Shown here: in pieces, positions 1 to 10,300 of the stretch | How the letters are laid out: each line of letters starts with the position of its first letter | Position numbering within the stretch: position 1 is the stretch's first letter | Origin: Bacteroidota bacterium | GTDB taxonomy: Bacteria; Bacteroidota; Bacteroidia; Flavobacteriales; Weeksellaceae | Length of the DNA stretch: 38,544 nt | NCBI GenBank assembly: GCA_023433225.1 | Contig: JAEZDQ010000135.1 | Coordinates: 1 to 38,544, forward strand | Direction: 5' to 3' | Program-made: the position numbers and the translations under genes | Notes under the pieces: generated by a model | Databases searched by the model: none | What the model was told of the DNA's origin: nothing | Seen by the model: only the letters and a program-made list of their open reading frames with translations

Positions 1-124
1 CAAACCATTCAAAAACCGGAACCTTGAAAATAAAGGAAGAAAAAACCGCTGTCAGCAAACTGATGGCTACTCCTCCTAAAAGGGCGTATAGAATGGTGTT
101 GATTAAAGGGTTTGGCTTCGCCAT
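1..124 (-). CDS. N-terminus of a probable PhoR-type sensor histidine kinase (runs off the window)
   Basis: ATG at 124, 1 bp after the regulator stop; reads MAKPNPLINTILYALLGGVAISLLTAVFSSFIFKVPVFEWF (hydrophobic TM start). Kinase identity inferred from context only. Confidence 0.6.
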   Translation of the reverse strand, partial: MAKPNPLINTILYALLGGVAISLLTAVFSSFIFKVPVFEWF

Positions 125-125
125 A

Positions 126-800
126 TCAAGCATTCAGTTTGTATCCCACTCCTTTGATGGTTGAAAGCCTGTCGTTCCCGAATTTTTCGCGTAGTTTCCG
201 TATGTGAACATCAATGGTCCTGCCTCCGACAACGACTTCGTTCCCCCATACTTTTTCCAGAATTTCTTCTCTTTTGAATACGCGTTTGGGATTGGAAGCG
301 AGCAGTGCCAATAGTTCAAATTCCTTGCGGGGAAGAGAAAATTCTTGACCTAAAAAGGTCACTTTATACGTTTCGCGGTCAATGGTAAAATCTTCCAGTT
401 GGATGAACTCCTGTTTTTCTTCTACTGATTTTAAGCGGAGCAAAGCTTTGATTTTACTGATTAAAACTTTGGGTTTCACCGGTTTGGTGATGTAATCGTC
501 AGCACCAGCCTCGTAGCCGGCTAATTGTGAGAACTCTTCGGTGCGGGCTGTTAAAAAAACAATCAGGGTCTTCTTGAGTGAGTCGAGTTTACGGATTTCA
601 GAACAAGCTTCAATCCCGTCCATTTCGGGCATCATTACATCCAAAAGGATTAAATCCGGTTTTTCCACTTTGGCTTTTTTCACGGCTTCCACTCCATTGG
701 CGGCAGTAGAAACTTCATAGCCTTCTTTCAATAAATTATACGAAAGGAATTCAAGGATGTCCGGTTCATCGTCCACTAAAAGAATCTTGGTTTTTTTCAT
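126..800 (-). CDS. phoB: OmpR/PhoB-family response regulator (PhoB/PhoP-like)
   Basis: Receiver motifs LLVDDE, LLDVMMP, FLTA, KP; winged helix RTIDVHIRKLREK...TIKGVGYK. Confidence 0.85.
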   Translation of the reverse strand: MKKTKILLVDDEPDILEFLSYNLLKEGYEVSTAANGVEAVKKAKVEKPDLILLDVMMPEMDGIEACSEIRKLDSLKKTLIVFLTARTEEFSQLAGYEAGADDYITKPVKPKVLISKIKALLRLKSVEEKQEFIQLEDFTIDRETYKVTFLGQEFSLPRKEFELLALLASNPKRVFKREEILEKVWGNEVVVGGRTIDVHIRKLREKFGNDRLSTIKGVGYKLNA

Positions 801-927
801 CTGAGATGTTTTTTGTTTTACCGGGATTAAAAACTTGCTGAGAAAGCTGATAATCCGGTCACAAGATTTGTTGAAATCGGATGTAAAGTTAGGCCAATTT
901 TATCAAAATGAAAGCCAAATCAAAGGG

Positions 928-985
928 TTAACATAGATTTAAATTTCGCTTGAACTTCATAACCATCCCTTAATATAAAATTAAA
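928..985. promoter_or_regulatory. Pho-box-like direct repeat array (TTAAN units, 11-bp period)
   Basis: TTAAC 928, TTAAA 939, TTGAA 950; ATAAC 959, TTAAT 970, TTAAA 981, in the divergent regulator/TBDT intergenic region. Confidence 0.6.
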
Positions 986-1047
986 ACTACGGAAATTCAG
1001 GTCTTCCAAATCATGCAGTTCTTTGCAGAGAAATTTGAAAAGATAAA

Positions 1048-3795
1048 ATGTATAAATCAATTTATTTGTTTTTAATCTTGGGTGGAATGCTCCTAAAAGC
1101 ACAATTGACAGGAACTATATACGGAACTATAACCGATGAGGCAGGCATCCCGGTGACTGCGGACGTATTTATTGAAGGAACCATTCACGCTGTCTATTCC
1201 GACGAAAACGGATTTTATGAAATGGAAGTCGATCCCGGGATTTACCCAGTGGTCGTTCCGGCCTTTGGATACGATGAAGCCCTTTTCGAAGTCACCGTCA
1301 ATCCAAGTGCAAGGATTGAAATCTCTGCGCTCTTAAAAGAAACTTCTACCCAATTAGGTGAAGCTTTGGTGATAGTCCAAGTAAACAAAGAAACTGAAGC
1401 GGCTCTGTTGAACGAACAAAAAAGGTCTGTAATCATGACAGAAAATATAGGTGCACAGGAACTCCAGAGAAAAGGGGTAAGCGACGTCGCCTCGGCAGTA
1501 ACAAAGGTTTCCGGGATTTCCAAGCAAGAAGGAAGCAGCGTAGTCTATGTGAGGGGGTTGGGAGACCGCTACAATTCCACTACCTTGAACGGTTTGCCGA
1601 TCCCGTCCAATGACCCGGAGTTTAAAAACATTGATTTGGCCCTGTTATCCACCGATGTGGTTGGTTACATTGGAATTGATAAGGTATATAGTGGCACTTT
1701 CTTCGGAGATTTCGCGGGTGGGAACGTTAACATTGTTTCCAAGAAACAAACCGGGAAAGGTTTTCTTTCAATTGGAATGACCGCGAGGGGAAATTCAAAT
1801 GCGCTCCAAGATGAAGATTTCAAATTGCAGCGGGGCATCAATTGGTTAGGATTTGACAGGGCTGCAAACCCGATGACCCTCCATTCTTTTGATTTTGAAA
1901 ACAATTTGAACCCAAAAAAATCAGGCAGTATGGGGTCAGGTTTTTCGATTGCCGGAGGTGAAACCTTCAAACTAGGTGAATCCGGAAGGTTTGGCTTATT
2001 TGCTACGGCCGGATTTGACAATGATTATACTGGCATCGAAGATGGGGTGTTGAAGTCTGGTGTCAGCGTGGAAGGAGATGCCAAAGGAAAAGATTTTGAA
2101 TTTTATGAATCCTATACTTATACCACCAACACGACAGGTTACCTCAATCTATTTTACCAAGTAAACAGAAAAAATTTAATCAGTTTCAACAGCTTATTGG
2201 TAAACTCATCCAATCAAAAATTAGAAGAAGGCAGGGGTTATATGCGGGACAATGCCAACGAAGGCGGACTGTTGCGCAGAGGAACATTTGTGAAAAACAC
2301 CCTTTGGGTCAACCAATTATTAGGTGAACATAAATTCGGAGAACGGACAGAAATGAACTGGGCGATTGGGTACAATTCTATTCAAAGTAATATGCCGGAC
2401 CGGTTCCAAAACATTGTGGAATGGAAATCAAACCTCAACCACTATGTGGTAGCCGGAAGTTCGGCTTCATTGAACCACCGGTATTTCCAGGTATTGGATG
2501 AAAATGAAATGGTGGGCAACATCGCGTTGAGTTATAAATTCGTACACGGTGAAGATAGCGGCTATCGGGGTAAACTGACTTTTGGATACAACGGGCGATT
2601 CAAAAACCGGGAATTTGAAGCGATGCAATACAATCTGCGCCCGGCATCGAACCAAGCTTACGCAGACTTTAATAACATGGACGGCTTTTTCAACCAAGCG
2701 AATTTCGCGGCAGGGCTTTTTGAAATCAGGACTTTCTCGGGAGCCGATAAACTCGATCCTCAATTTTACAATGGCGAACAAAACATACACGGAGGTTTTG
2801 CCAACATCGAATACAAATTATCCCCAAAATTAACGGCAGTCATAGGGCTGCGGGCTGAATCCCTGAACCAGTTGGTGGAATGGAACACTTCACTCGACCC
2901 GGCCGGAAGCGACAATGAAATGGAAGAATTCCAATTCCTACCGAGCCTGAACCTGAAATATGAATTGAACGAAAAGCAAAACCTGCGGTTTGCCGCCAGT
3001 AAAACTTATACGCTTCCGCAATTCAAAGAAAGAGCATTATTTATGTATGAGGATTTGGGTGAAACCGTTTACGGCTGGCCGACTACTTATGCGTCCACGG
3101 ATTATAATGCTGACTTGAAATGGGAATTATTTCCCGGGCGCGGTCAATTGATTTCGCTCGCCGCATTTGGTAAATACATTGAAAACCCCATTAACAAATT
3201 CACGGTCGCCTCATCGACTTATGATGTATCCTACGCCAATACCGGGGATTGGGGGTATGTTTTCGGGGGTGAATTGGAATTGAGAAAATCGATTTTCACA
3301 CTGGATTCAAACAACCCGGTTCAATTAACTGCGGGTGCAAACCTGTCATACATTCACACCAATCAGGAACTTAACAATGAAAAGGTATTCCAAGAAACCC
3401 TTCTATCTAACGGCAAGCGCATGAATGCGGATTTTACCCGTACGGAAGATGCCTTTCAAGGCGCATCTGATTTGTTGCTCAATGGAGATTTAACATTCAC
3501 CAAAGATTGGGAACGCGGCGGTGCCCTAATGGCAACCATTGCCTACAATTATTTCTCTGACCGGATTTACGCTTTGGGTTCCGAAGGCAAAGGCAACATT
3601 GTAGAAAAAGGATTGGGCTCTTTGGATTTTATTTTGAGGACAAAAGTCACCCGTCATATCGGCATTAATTTCAATGCAAGGAACTTATTAAACCCTGAAT
3701 TCAAAAGGGTTCAAGAGAATTTAGACCAAGACATCACGGTTTTAAATTACAAAAAAGGAATGAATTTCAGCATCAACGTAAATTATCAATTTTAA
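1048..3795 (+). CDS. TonB-dependent receptor with N-terminal carboxypeptidase-regulatory-like domain
   Basis: Signal peptide; plug motif VYVRGLGDRYNSTTLNG..GDFAGGNVNI; C-terminal NLLN...INVNYQF barrel signal. Confidence 0.92.
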   Translation: MYKSIYLFLILGGMLLKAQLTGTIYGTITDEAGIPVTADVFIEGTIHAVYSDENGFYEMEVDPGIYPVVVPAFGYDEALFEVTVNPSARIEISALLKETSTQLGEALVIVQVNKETEAALLNEQKRSVIMTENIGAQELQRKGVSDVASAVTKVSGISKQEGSSVVYVRGLGDRYNSTTLNGLPIPSNDPEFKNIDLALLSTDVVGYIGIDKVYSGTFFGDFAGGNVNIVSKKQTGKGFLSIGMTARGNSNALQDEDFKLQRGINWLGFDRAANPMTLHSFDFENNLNPKKSGSMGSGFSIAGGETFKLGESGRFGLFATAGFDNDYTGIEDGVLKSGVSVEGDAKGKDFEFYESYTYTTNTTGYLNLFYQVNRKNLISFNSLLVNSSNQKLEEGRGYMRDNANEGGLLRRGTFVKNTLWVNQLLGEHKFGERTEMNWAIGYNSIQSNMPDRFQNIVEWKSNLNHYVVAGSSASLNHRYFQVLDENEMVGNIALSYKFVHGEDSGYRGKLTFGYNGRFKNREFEAMQYNLRPASNQAYADFNNMDGFFNQANFAAGLFEIRTFSGADKLDPQFYNGEQNIHGGFANIEYKLSPKLTAVIGLRAESLNQLVEWNTSLDPAGSDNEMEEFQFLPSLNLKYELNEKQNLRFAASKTYTLPQFKERALFMYEDLGETVYGWPTTYASTDYNADLKWELFPGRGQLISLAAFGKYIENPINKFTVASSTYDVSYANTGDWGYVFGGELELRKSIFTLDSNNPVQLTAGANLSYIHTNQELNNEKVFQETLLSNGKRMNADFTRTEDAFQGASDLLLNGDLTFTKDWERGGALMATIAYNYFSDRIYALGSEGKGNIVEKGLGSLDFILRTKVTRHIGINFNARNLLNPEFKRVQENLDQDITVLNYKKGMNFSINVNYQF

Positions 3796-3815
3796 TCCAT
3801 AAAAATTAATTCAAA

Positions 3816-4982
3816 ATGAAAAAATCGGCATTCAAAGCATTCGGATTATTCGCATTAGCCACAACTTTGTTTTTTACAAGTTGTAACAGCGATGACGACA
3901 AAGGAGGAGATCCAAATCCCGGCGTAGAAATTGACCCTAATAATTTCCAAGGTACTTTTACCGGAGAAGGAACTGACTTAATCTTAGACCCAACCAAAGT
4001 GTATCGGTTAAACGGTGCATTGCAAATCCTCAACGGTGCTACTTTGACCATTCCTGCGGGAACCAAAATCGAAGCCACGGGAGGAACCAGCGCTTACATC
4101 GCCATCGGACAAGATGCGAAAATTTTTGTAAACGGAACGGCCAATGCGCCCGTAGTCATTACCAATCCGGCGCAAACACCCGGTTCTTGGGGCGGAGTGG
4201 TCATCTGCGGAAAAGCTCCTATCAATAAAGGTGGAGGGACTGCAATGTCAGAAGTAGGTGATTTGCCTTATGGCGGAAGCGCAACCAATGACTCTTCAGG
4301 TTCAATCAAATATTTGAGAATCGAATATTCAGGTGCAAATTTCACAGCTGAAAAAGAATTCAACGGTTTAAGCCTTTTTGGTGTGGGCAACGGAACAACC
4401 GTCCAATATGTTCAGGTTTACCACGGAACAGACGATGGATTTGAATGGTTTGGCGGAACCGTAAACACAAGCCACTTGGTTTCAACCGGAAATGAAGACG
4501 ATCAATTCGACTGGACGGAAGGCTGGAACGGAACCAACTCCAACTGGTATGCAAAAGAAGGTTTCGGAAAAGGAAACAGGGGAATAGAAGCGGACAACCT
4601 GAGCGGAACCAACAGTGCACAACCCTACTCCAGCCCAACCATCTCCGGATTGACTTTGATCGGAGTGCCTGAGAGCGGGGAACCCCAAGGCATCAAATTG
4701 AGAGAAGGTACACAAGCACACTTGAGCAATGTCGTTTTGGCAAACTGGGACACCGGAATCGACATCCAACACGACGTCACTTTAAGCTGGATTCCAAACA
4801 ACTTATTCATAGATGGTGTGAAATTTATAAATGTTACCACCCCGTCAAAAGGAAAAAATTCCGCAGGTGAAACGGTAGATGTTTCCAATGCTTATACCCT
4901 TGACGAAAATGCAATGGGAGCAGGCAACGGCACTAACCTTCCTGCTTGGGCACAAGGATGGACCAATATGGCAGAATTATAA
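3816..4982 (+). CDS. Lipoprotein, probable right-handed beta-helix, partner of the TonB receptor
   Basis: Lipobox FTSC followed by acidic NSDDDK; repeated beta-helix-like turns; motifs DDGFEWFGG, DDQFDWTEGW, GIEADN. Confidence 0.8.
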   Translation: MKKSAFKAFGLFALATTLFFTSCNSDDDKGGDPNPGVEIDPNNFQGTFTGEGTDLILDPTKVYRLNGALQILNGATLTIPAGTKIEATGGTSAYIAIGQDAKIFVNGTANAPVVITNPAQTPGSWGGVVICGKAPINKGGGTAMSEVGDLPYGGSATNDSSGSIKYLRIEYSGANFTAEKEFNGLSLFGVGNGTTVQYVQVYHGTDDGFEWFGGTVNTSHLVSTGNEDDQFDWTEGWNGTNSNWYAKEGFGKGNRGIEADNLSGTNSAQPYSSPTISGLTLIGVPESGEPQGIKLREGTQAHLSNVVLANWDTGIDIQHDVTLSWIPNNLFIDGVKFINVTTPSKGKNSAGETVDVSNAYTLDENAMGAGNGTNLPAWAQGWTNMAEL

Positions 4983-5003
4983 TTTCCACTAATGTTTATA
5001 TAC

Positions 5004-5037
5004 AAAAACCTCTTTACCAAATTGTAGAGAGGTTTTT
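5004..5037 (+). terminator. Intrinsic terminator
   Basis: aaaaacctctttac-caaatt-gtagagaggttttt hairpin after the lipoprotein gene. Confidence 0.8.
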
Positions 5038-5084
5038 AGTTTACCTTTTTAAAGATAAAACCCTATAAATTCAGTAGAAAATAT

Positions 5085-5092
5085 TAACTTTG
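5085..5092 (+). promoter_or_regulatory. Bacteroidota -7 promoter element
   Basis: TAACTTTG matches TAnnTTTG, about 25 bp before ATG 5117. Confidence 0.65.
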
Positions 5093-5116
5093 CAATCTCA
5101 TTCAAATAATTTAAAA

Positions 5117-5893
5117 ATGAAAAAGATTTTTACAACTTTAACTGTATTCGCAGCACTTACATTGTCTGCACAAAACTTATTGACAAACCATAGTTTCGAG
5201 AGCGATTTCGAAGGTTGGGCTTCCGGCCCTAATTCGGCTTATACTGCTCCTGAAATTGTAACCGGAGGTGCACAAGACGGTGATAAAAGCGTAGCTTACA
5301 ATGCTGTTTCTGCAACCACCGGTTTTTACCAAACTGTTCCCGTAACCGAAGGCGAGGTTTATGAAATCAATTTTTGGTACAAATCTTCAGGTGACGAGAC
5401 CGACTCAAGATTGTGGAGTATCTTCAGAGATGCATCCGGAGCGGCAGTATACACCACGGCCGATGCGACCGAAGACGAGTTCAGAACCAACAACGGATAC
5501 CTTCCGACTGCGGGCGAATGGACATTCCATTCCGCTCAAATGCCTGCTGGCCCGGGTGCTGTGAGCTTGGAAGTAGCTGTAAGAGCTTATACCGGAGGAA
5601 ATGCGTCTTTTGATAATTTCGCTGCCGGAATTGAAGGAACATTAATGAGTGTTTCCGATGTGAATGAATTCAGCAATCTCGTAAAAATGAATACGGTGGT
5701 AACTGATAAATTAACCCTTCAATTGCCTGAGCGCGCTACCGTGAACATCTATACAATGGAAGGAAAATTGATTTCTTCTAACCGTGTGGACAACGGCGGA
5801 AGCGTAGCCACTTCTTCATTGCCAAAAGGCGTTTATGTGGTAACGGTGAGCAACGGTTATACTACTACAACTCAAAAAATCGTAAAAAAATAA
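5117..5893 (+). CDS. T9SS type A sorted protein with CBM4/9-like galactose-binding-fold domain
   Basis: Signal peptide MKKIFTTL..SAQ; NLLTNHSFES start; C-terminal IYTMEGKLI..SLPKGVYVVTV..KIVKK. Confidence 0.8.
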   Translation: MKKIFTTLTVFAALTLSAQNLLTNHSFESDFEGWASGPNSAYTAPEIVTGGAQDGDKSVAYNAVSATTGFYQTVPVTEGEVYEINFWYKSSGDETDSRLWSIFRDASGAAVYTTADATEDEFRTNNGYLPTAGEWTFHSAQMPAGPGAVSLEVAVRAYTGGNASFDNFAAGIEGTLMSVSDVNEFSNLVKMNTVVTDKLTLQLPERATVNIYTMEGKLISSNRVDNGGSVATSSLPKGVYVVTVSNGYTTTTQKIVKK

Positions 5894-5916
5894 GAATCCT
5901 GAATTAAGGAAATTTG

Positions 5917-5950
5917 AAATCCCGGAGATAAATCTTCGGGATTTTTTATT
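5917..5950 (+). terminator. Intrinsic terminator between convergent genes
   Basis: aaatcccggagat-aa-atcttcgggattttttatt. Confidence 0.8.
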
Positions 5951-5999
5951 TAAAACTTGATTGATGAAGAATTAATTGAAAAAGAAACTGATTCCACGA

Positions 6000-6434
6000 T
6001 TATGAAATCGTAGAACGTCTTTTCCGAACCAGTCGGTCGATGGAATACCTTCCCGGCCCGATGAGCAACAAAGCAAAATATATCACCAAGTACAACAAAG
6101 CCATTTCCTTGTCTCCGAACGAATCCTCGGCATGGTAAAAAAAGGCCGCATACACCATCGTAAAAATCAGCGGAATCAACGCATACCGTGTCATCAGCCC
6201 AATGATTACCAATACAGCGCAAATAACTTCCGCAAAAACGGCTAATCCCAAAGTAGCGGTCGCGCCCATTCCGAATGGATCAGCAAATTCGATTTTTTCA
6301 TCCGAAAAGAATTTCAGAAACTTCCCGGCACCATGCTGGTAAATCATAAACCCGCCACCAACCAGACGAAGCAATAAGGTAGCAAGGTTCAAATTGGAAA
6401 TGGATGTACCGGATGAAAAAAAATGTGCTTTCAT
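6000..6434 (-). CDS. DoxX family membrane protein
   Basis: LLLRL..G..M..HG..K, AE....L.IIGL.TR, GPGRYSID motifs. Confidence 0.9.
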   Translation of the reverse strand: MKAHFFSSGTSISNLNLATLLLRLVGGGFMIYQHGAGKFLKFFSDEKIEFADPFGMGATATLGLAVFAEVICAVLVIIGLMTRYALIPLIFTMVYAAFFYHAEDSFGDKEMALLYLVIYFALLLIGPGRYSIDRLVRKRRSTIS

Positions 6435-6489
6435 ATTTTAAAATAACGTAGGATAAAGGTATAAATTAATTCGGAAACCAAATGAAAAC

Positions 6490-7269
6490 TCAGTTTTCCA
6501 GAAACGCGATGGTTTTATCGTAAAATTCCGTAGGGTTTTCGGCATGGATCCAATGCCCGGCATTTGCAACGGTTTGGATTTCTGCTTTGGGGAAATGGCG
6601 GTGAATCAAATCAAAATCTTCATCCATTATGTAATTGGATTTATCGCCTCTCAGAAACAAGGCCGGCTTGTCGAAAATTTCAGTGGACAAATCCGTTCCC
6701 ACCATTTCACCGTAAGAATCCGTCAGGGTTTTCAGGTTGAAACGGAAGTCATATTTTCCGTTTTCCACATGGTAAACATTTTTCAACAAAAATTGCCGTG
6801 TGCCGATTTCGGGAATGTATTGTTTTAACACTTCTTCCACATCCGAACGCTTCTCAATCTTTTCAAAATCAACTTCATTCAAGGCTTTGATGATTCCCTG
6901 ATGATGCGGCGGATAGGCTTTCGGTGCCATATCGACTACAATCAGTTTTTCGATTTTATCTGGATTTGAAAAAGAAAACTCCATCACCGCCCGGCCACCT
7001 AATGAATGCCCCATGAGGTAACAACTTTGGATTTGGTGGTGCACCAAATAATTCGAAATATCCTGGCTCATGGCGGAGAAACTCATTTCCGGAGCGTGAA
7101 AACTCCGCCCGTGGTTGCGCAAATCTACCGCGTGGACAGTGTAGTTTTCCGCATAGCGTTTGCTCAAAGTTGCCCAATTGTCTGACTGTCCGAACAAACC
7201 GTGGAAAATCAATAAATGTTTTTCGTTTTCTCCTGTGATTTTACTGTGTAAAATAGAACCCATATCCAT
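6490..7269 (-). CDS. Alpha/beta hydrolase, YbfF-like esterase
   Basis: HGLFG, DLRNHGRS, GHSLGG nucleophile elbow, AGHWIHAENP. Confidence 0.9.
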   Translation of the reverse strand: MDMGSILHSKITGENEKHLLIFHGLFGQSDNWATLSKRYAENYTVHAVDLRNHGRSFHAPEMSFSAMSQDISNYLVHHQIQSCYLMGHSLGGRAVMEFSFSNPDKIEKLIVVDMAPKAYPPHHQGIIKALNEVDFEKIEKRSDVEEVLKQYIPEIGTRQFLLKNVYHVENGKYDFRFNLKTLTDSYGEMVGTDLSTEIFDKPALFLRGDKSNYIMDEDFDLIHRHFPKAEIQTVANAGHWIHAENPTEFYDKTIAFLEN

Positions 7270-7309
7270 TGTTCAAAATGTAAATTTAACCAATTCCACA
7301 CAGAAAGTT

Positions 7310-10300
7310 TTAAAACCTCGCTTGGATTTGTACGCTTCCGGTATGGATGGTTTTGTTTTCCTCCGTTTTCCGGCCGTCGTAACTGACGTTTACGCTCAGG
7401 AAAGAATTCAATTGGCGTTGCAACAGAAGTTGCCAAACAAAATTATCACCCGGCTTAAGCCCTTCCATCATCTGGTTGCTGACAACGGATTGGCCATTGC
7501 CGGTAAAATCGTTTTTGATGTAATTGAAAGTCGCCAAGAGCGATGATTTCGCACCGTCATTCCATTGGATTTCCGTTCCCAAATCGGACTGTTTCAAGGA
7601 TTCTTCTCCGATTCGGTTGGATTTATTCTGAAAAGTATAATGCAATGCCGCGCTGAATCGGGTTTCGACCTGGTAACTAATCTGCGGTTTGAAACGCCAG
7701 GAATCAATGGTAAACCGGCGTGTCGCGAACAAATCGGAATGGCTTTCAACGACCGTGTTTTCGGCTTCGGCTAAAAAATAAAAATTCTCCCAAGGTTTGT
7801 ATTTGGCATTCAGCAAATGGCTATGGGAATCACGGGATTCCACACCTGTAAAAATGAAATTTTGCGATTCCAATTGGGAATAAGTGTATGCAGAAGCCCA
7901 TTTGTAGTTGCTTGCCTGGTTGAAATTCAAATTGGCCCTTAAACTTTGGGTTTTGCCGAGCAAGGATTCCGATTCGGTAAAAGGGTTCCATTCAAGCGTC
8001 TTTCCTTCTTTTTTAAGCGAATTATTGGTTTGGATAGAACCTTGCAGCATCCACCTTCCTAAAAATTGATTTTCGGAGTTGAGGAGTTCTTTGGGTTTCA
8101 GCCTGACGGAAAAGTTGAAACCGTTTTTGTTGGTTTTGATGTATTCGACAGTATTGGTATAAACCCGGATGTAATTGGCTTGGTCTTGGAATTCTGCCAC
8201 TTCGAATTCATCCAGCTGTTCGATTCCATCGCCATTGTAATCGGTCCATTTGTAAATGCCCATGCCATCGGTTACTTTCACATATTCGAATTCACGTTGC
8301 GGCTCCACGCCGCTACCCAATTCATAAAAAGCGTTCAAAGTCATCCCTTCCCTGAAAAAACTTTTGTACCAACGGATGTTTCCAGTGATGTAATCCTCGT
8401 CGGGTAAATCTTCATATTGGAAGTTGACGGAACGGTAATGACCGGTTAATTCCAAACGATGATTGGATTTGTTTATAAGTTTGGAATGTGCCATCAAACC
8501 GTTGGAAACTGCAATCCGCTGCATGGTTCCGAGCCGGATGGAATCGTCGCGGCGGTTGTAGTAAGTCAGCTGAAAATTGGTGGTGGCCGAATCGCCGATA
8601 CCTGCCATCACTTGAATCTCATCCCATCGAAAGGATAATTCCGAGAAGTTATTTCCATCCGTTGCATTCATACGGTCTTCGATTTCATTGTTTTCGCCCA
8701 TGTATTGCGCACCCACCCAAAGAGAATTCCAGAGTTTCCGCTTCACCAATGTCCGATAGCGCAAGAATTGGGAATGATCGGGATTTGTTTCCGGGTTCAG
8801 AATGGAATGTTTTTCTGAATTCAATAAAGAAAAATTGGCCTCAGCGAAATTCTTGCCGGATTGGTAATTCAGGTTCAAATCGTTTTTAATACCTGTATAT
8901 TGGTTTTGGTTGTTCAGGTAATGTAAATTGTAATTCAGGTTCAGCGAATCTTTGTAATTTGCTTGCAATCCCAGCCTGAGGTAAGTTTGATCTGCTTCCG
9001 AAAGCTCCTCTTCCAAGTTGAAATCCCGGGTAAATTCCACCGTTCTCAACCTTTGAATCGACTGGAAATTTCGCTGGATATAGGACAATTCAAACAAAGG
9101 CGTCAACACCCAATTGCTGAGTTGGAATTTCTTGTTACCATAAATCCTTCCTGCAAACCCGATGTTTGAACCGTCATCCTTTTCAGAAAACAAATTCAGG
9201 TCTTCGTTACTCATCCCTAAATCGACTCCGACCATCCCGTTATTTTTAAATTTATAGGCCGAATTAAGGGTATAGAGCTGTAACCTTTTGGGTGGCACCA
9301 ACTGCCGGACGGGTTCATAGTTTCCCTGAGGAATCCCGTTTACAGGCGGGACATACTGGAAAATTTTACCATTTACTTCCAGGTTTGTTTTTATATAATT
9401 TCCTCTGTTGTTGCCCATCAAGGTAAAAGTCACATAATAAAGTTCTTCTTCGGGATTGTCTGAATATTCGAAAAATTCAACCCCGTCGAGGATGACTTTC
9501 CGATACAAATTCCGGTCGGGGTCATATTCGGCCGGAGTAGCCGTGGTATTGTACATTTCATCCGTATTATTACCTGCTTCGGAGAGGATTTGTTTGTCTG
9601 AATCGCTGAGGTTGTCATTGAGCGGATTATTTTTGGAATCGCCGTTCGAATAAAAATGGCCCGCAATCCGGAACCGATCCGATTCGTGTTCCACACCGCC
9701 GTACATTAGGAATTGGGAATAACTTCTATTGGCATATAAATACTCTACGGTGATGCGGGAATTCGCGGTAATTAATCGGTTGCTGGTAAAAGTCAATTCA
9801 CCCGTGTTGTAATTGATGATATAATCATTGTTTTCTCCGCGCACCATTAAAACACCGTCCAAATAAACCCTTTCGCTCCCTGAAACGATAATGATGAAAA
9901 GTTCGTTGTTGTTTCCGGAAAGCCGGTAAGGGCCTTGGTTGCCGTTTTCGCCGATGATTTTTCGCGTCGCGAATTCCCCCCTGGTGGAACTGCCCGCGAC
10001 ATGAATGCGGGTTTTGGAATCGTTGGCGTGACTCAGGACGGTTCCGATTTGCAAACCGGTTACTTTTTGGGTAAAATTCCCAAAAAAATCATTTTCCTGC
10101 ACCAAGTCGATATGTCCACCTCTGATCTTGGTGTTTTTATTGAAAAGTTCCACATATACCTTATCGAATTCCTGTAATTGCTGGGTATAACCATCGGCTT
10201 GAATGGGCACATTGTTGTCAGAAATAACAGCGTTAATCCCTATTTCTTGGGTCAGGTTTCCCGACAGCTGTAAGTCGAGCGATGATTGTGTAGAAGCACT

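Noticed and set aside
5090..5116. Upstream TTG starts in the ORF track (also 14257, 17940, 35667, 35862)
   Set aside because: They coincide with the TTTG of -7 promoter elements; downstream ATGs give proper signal peptides.
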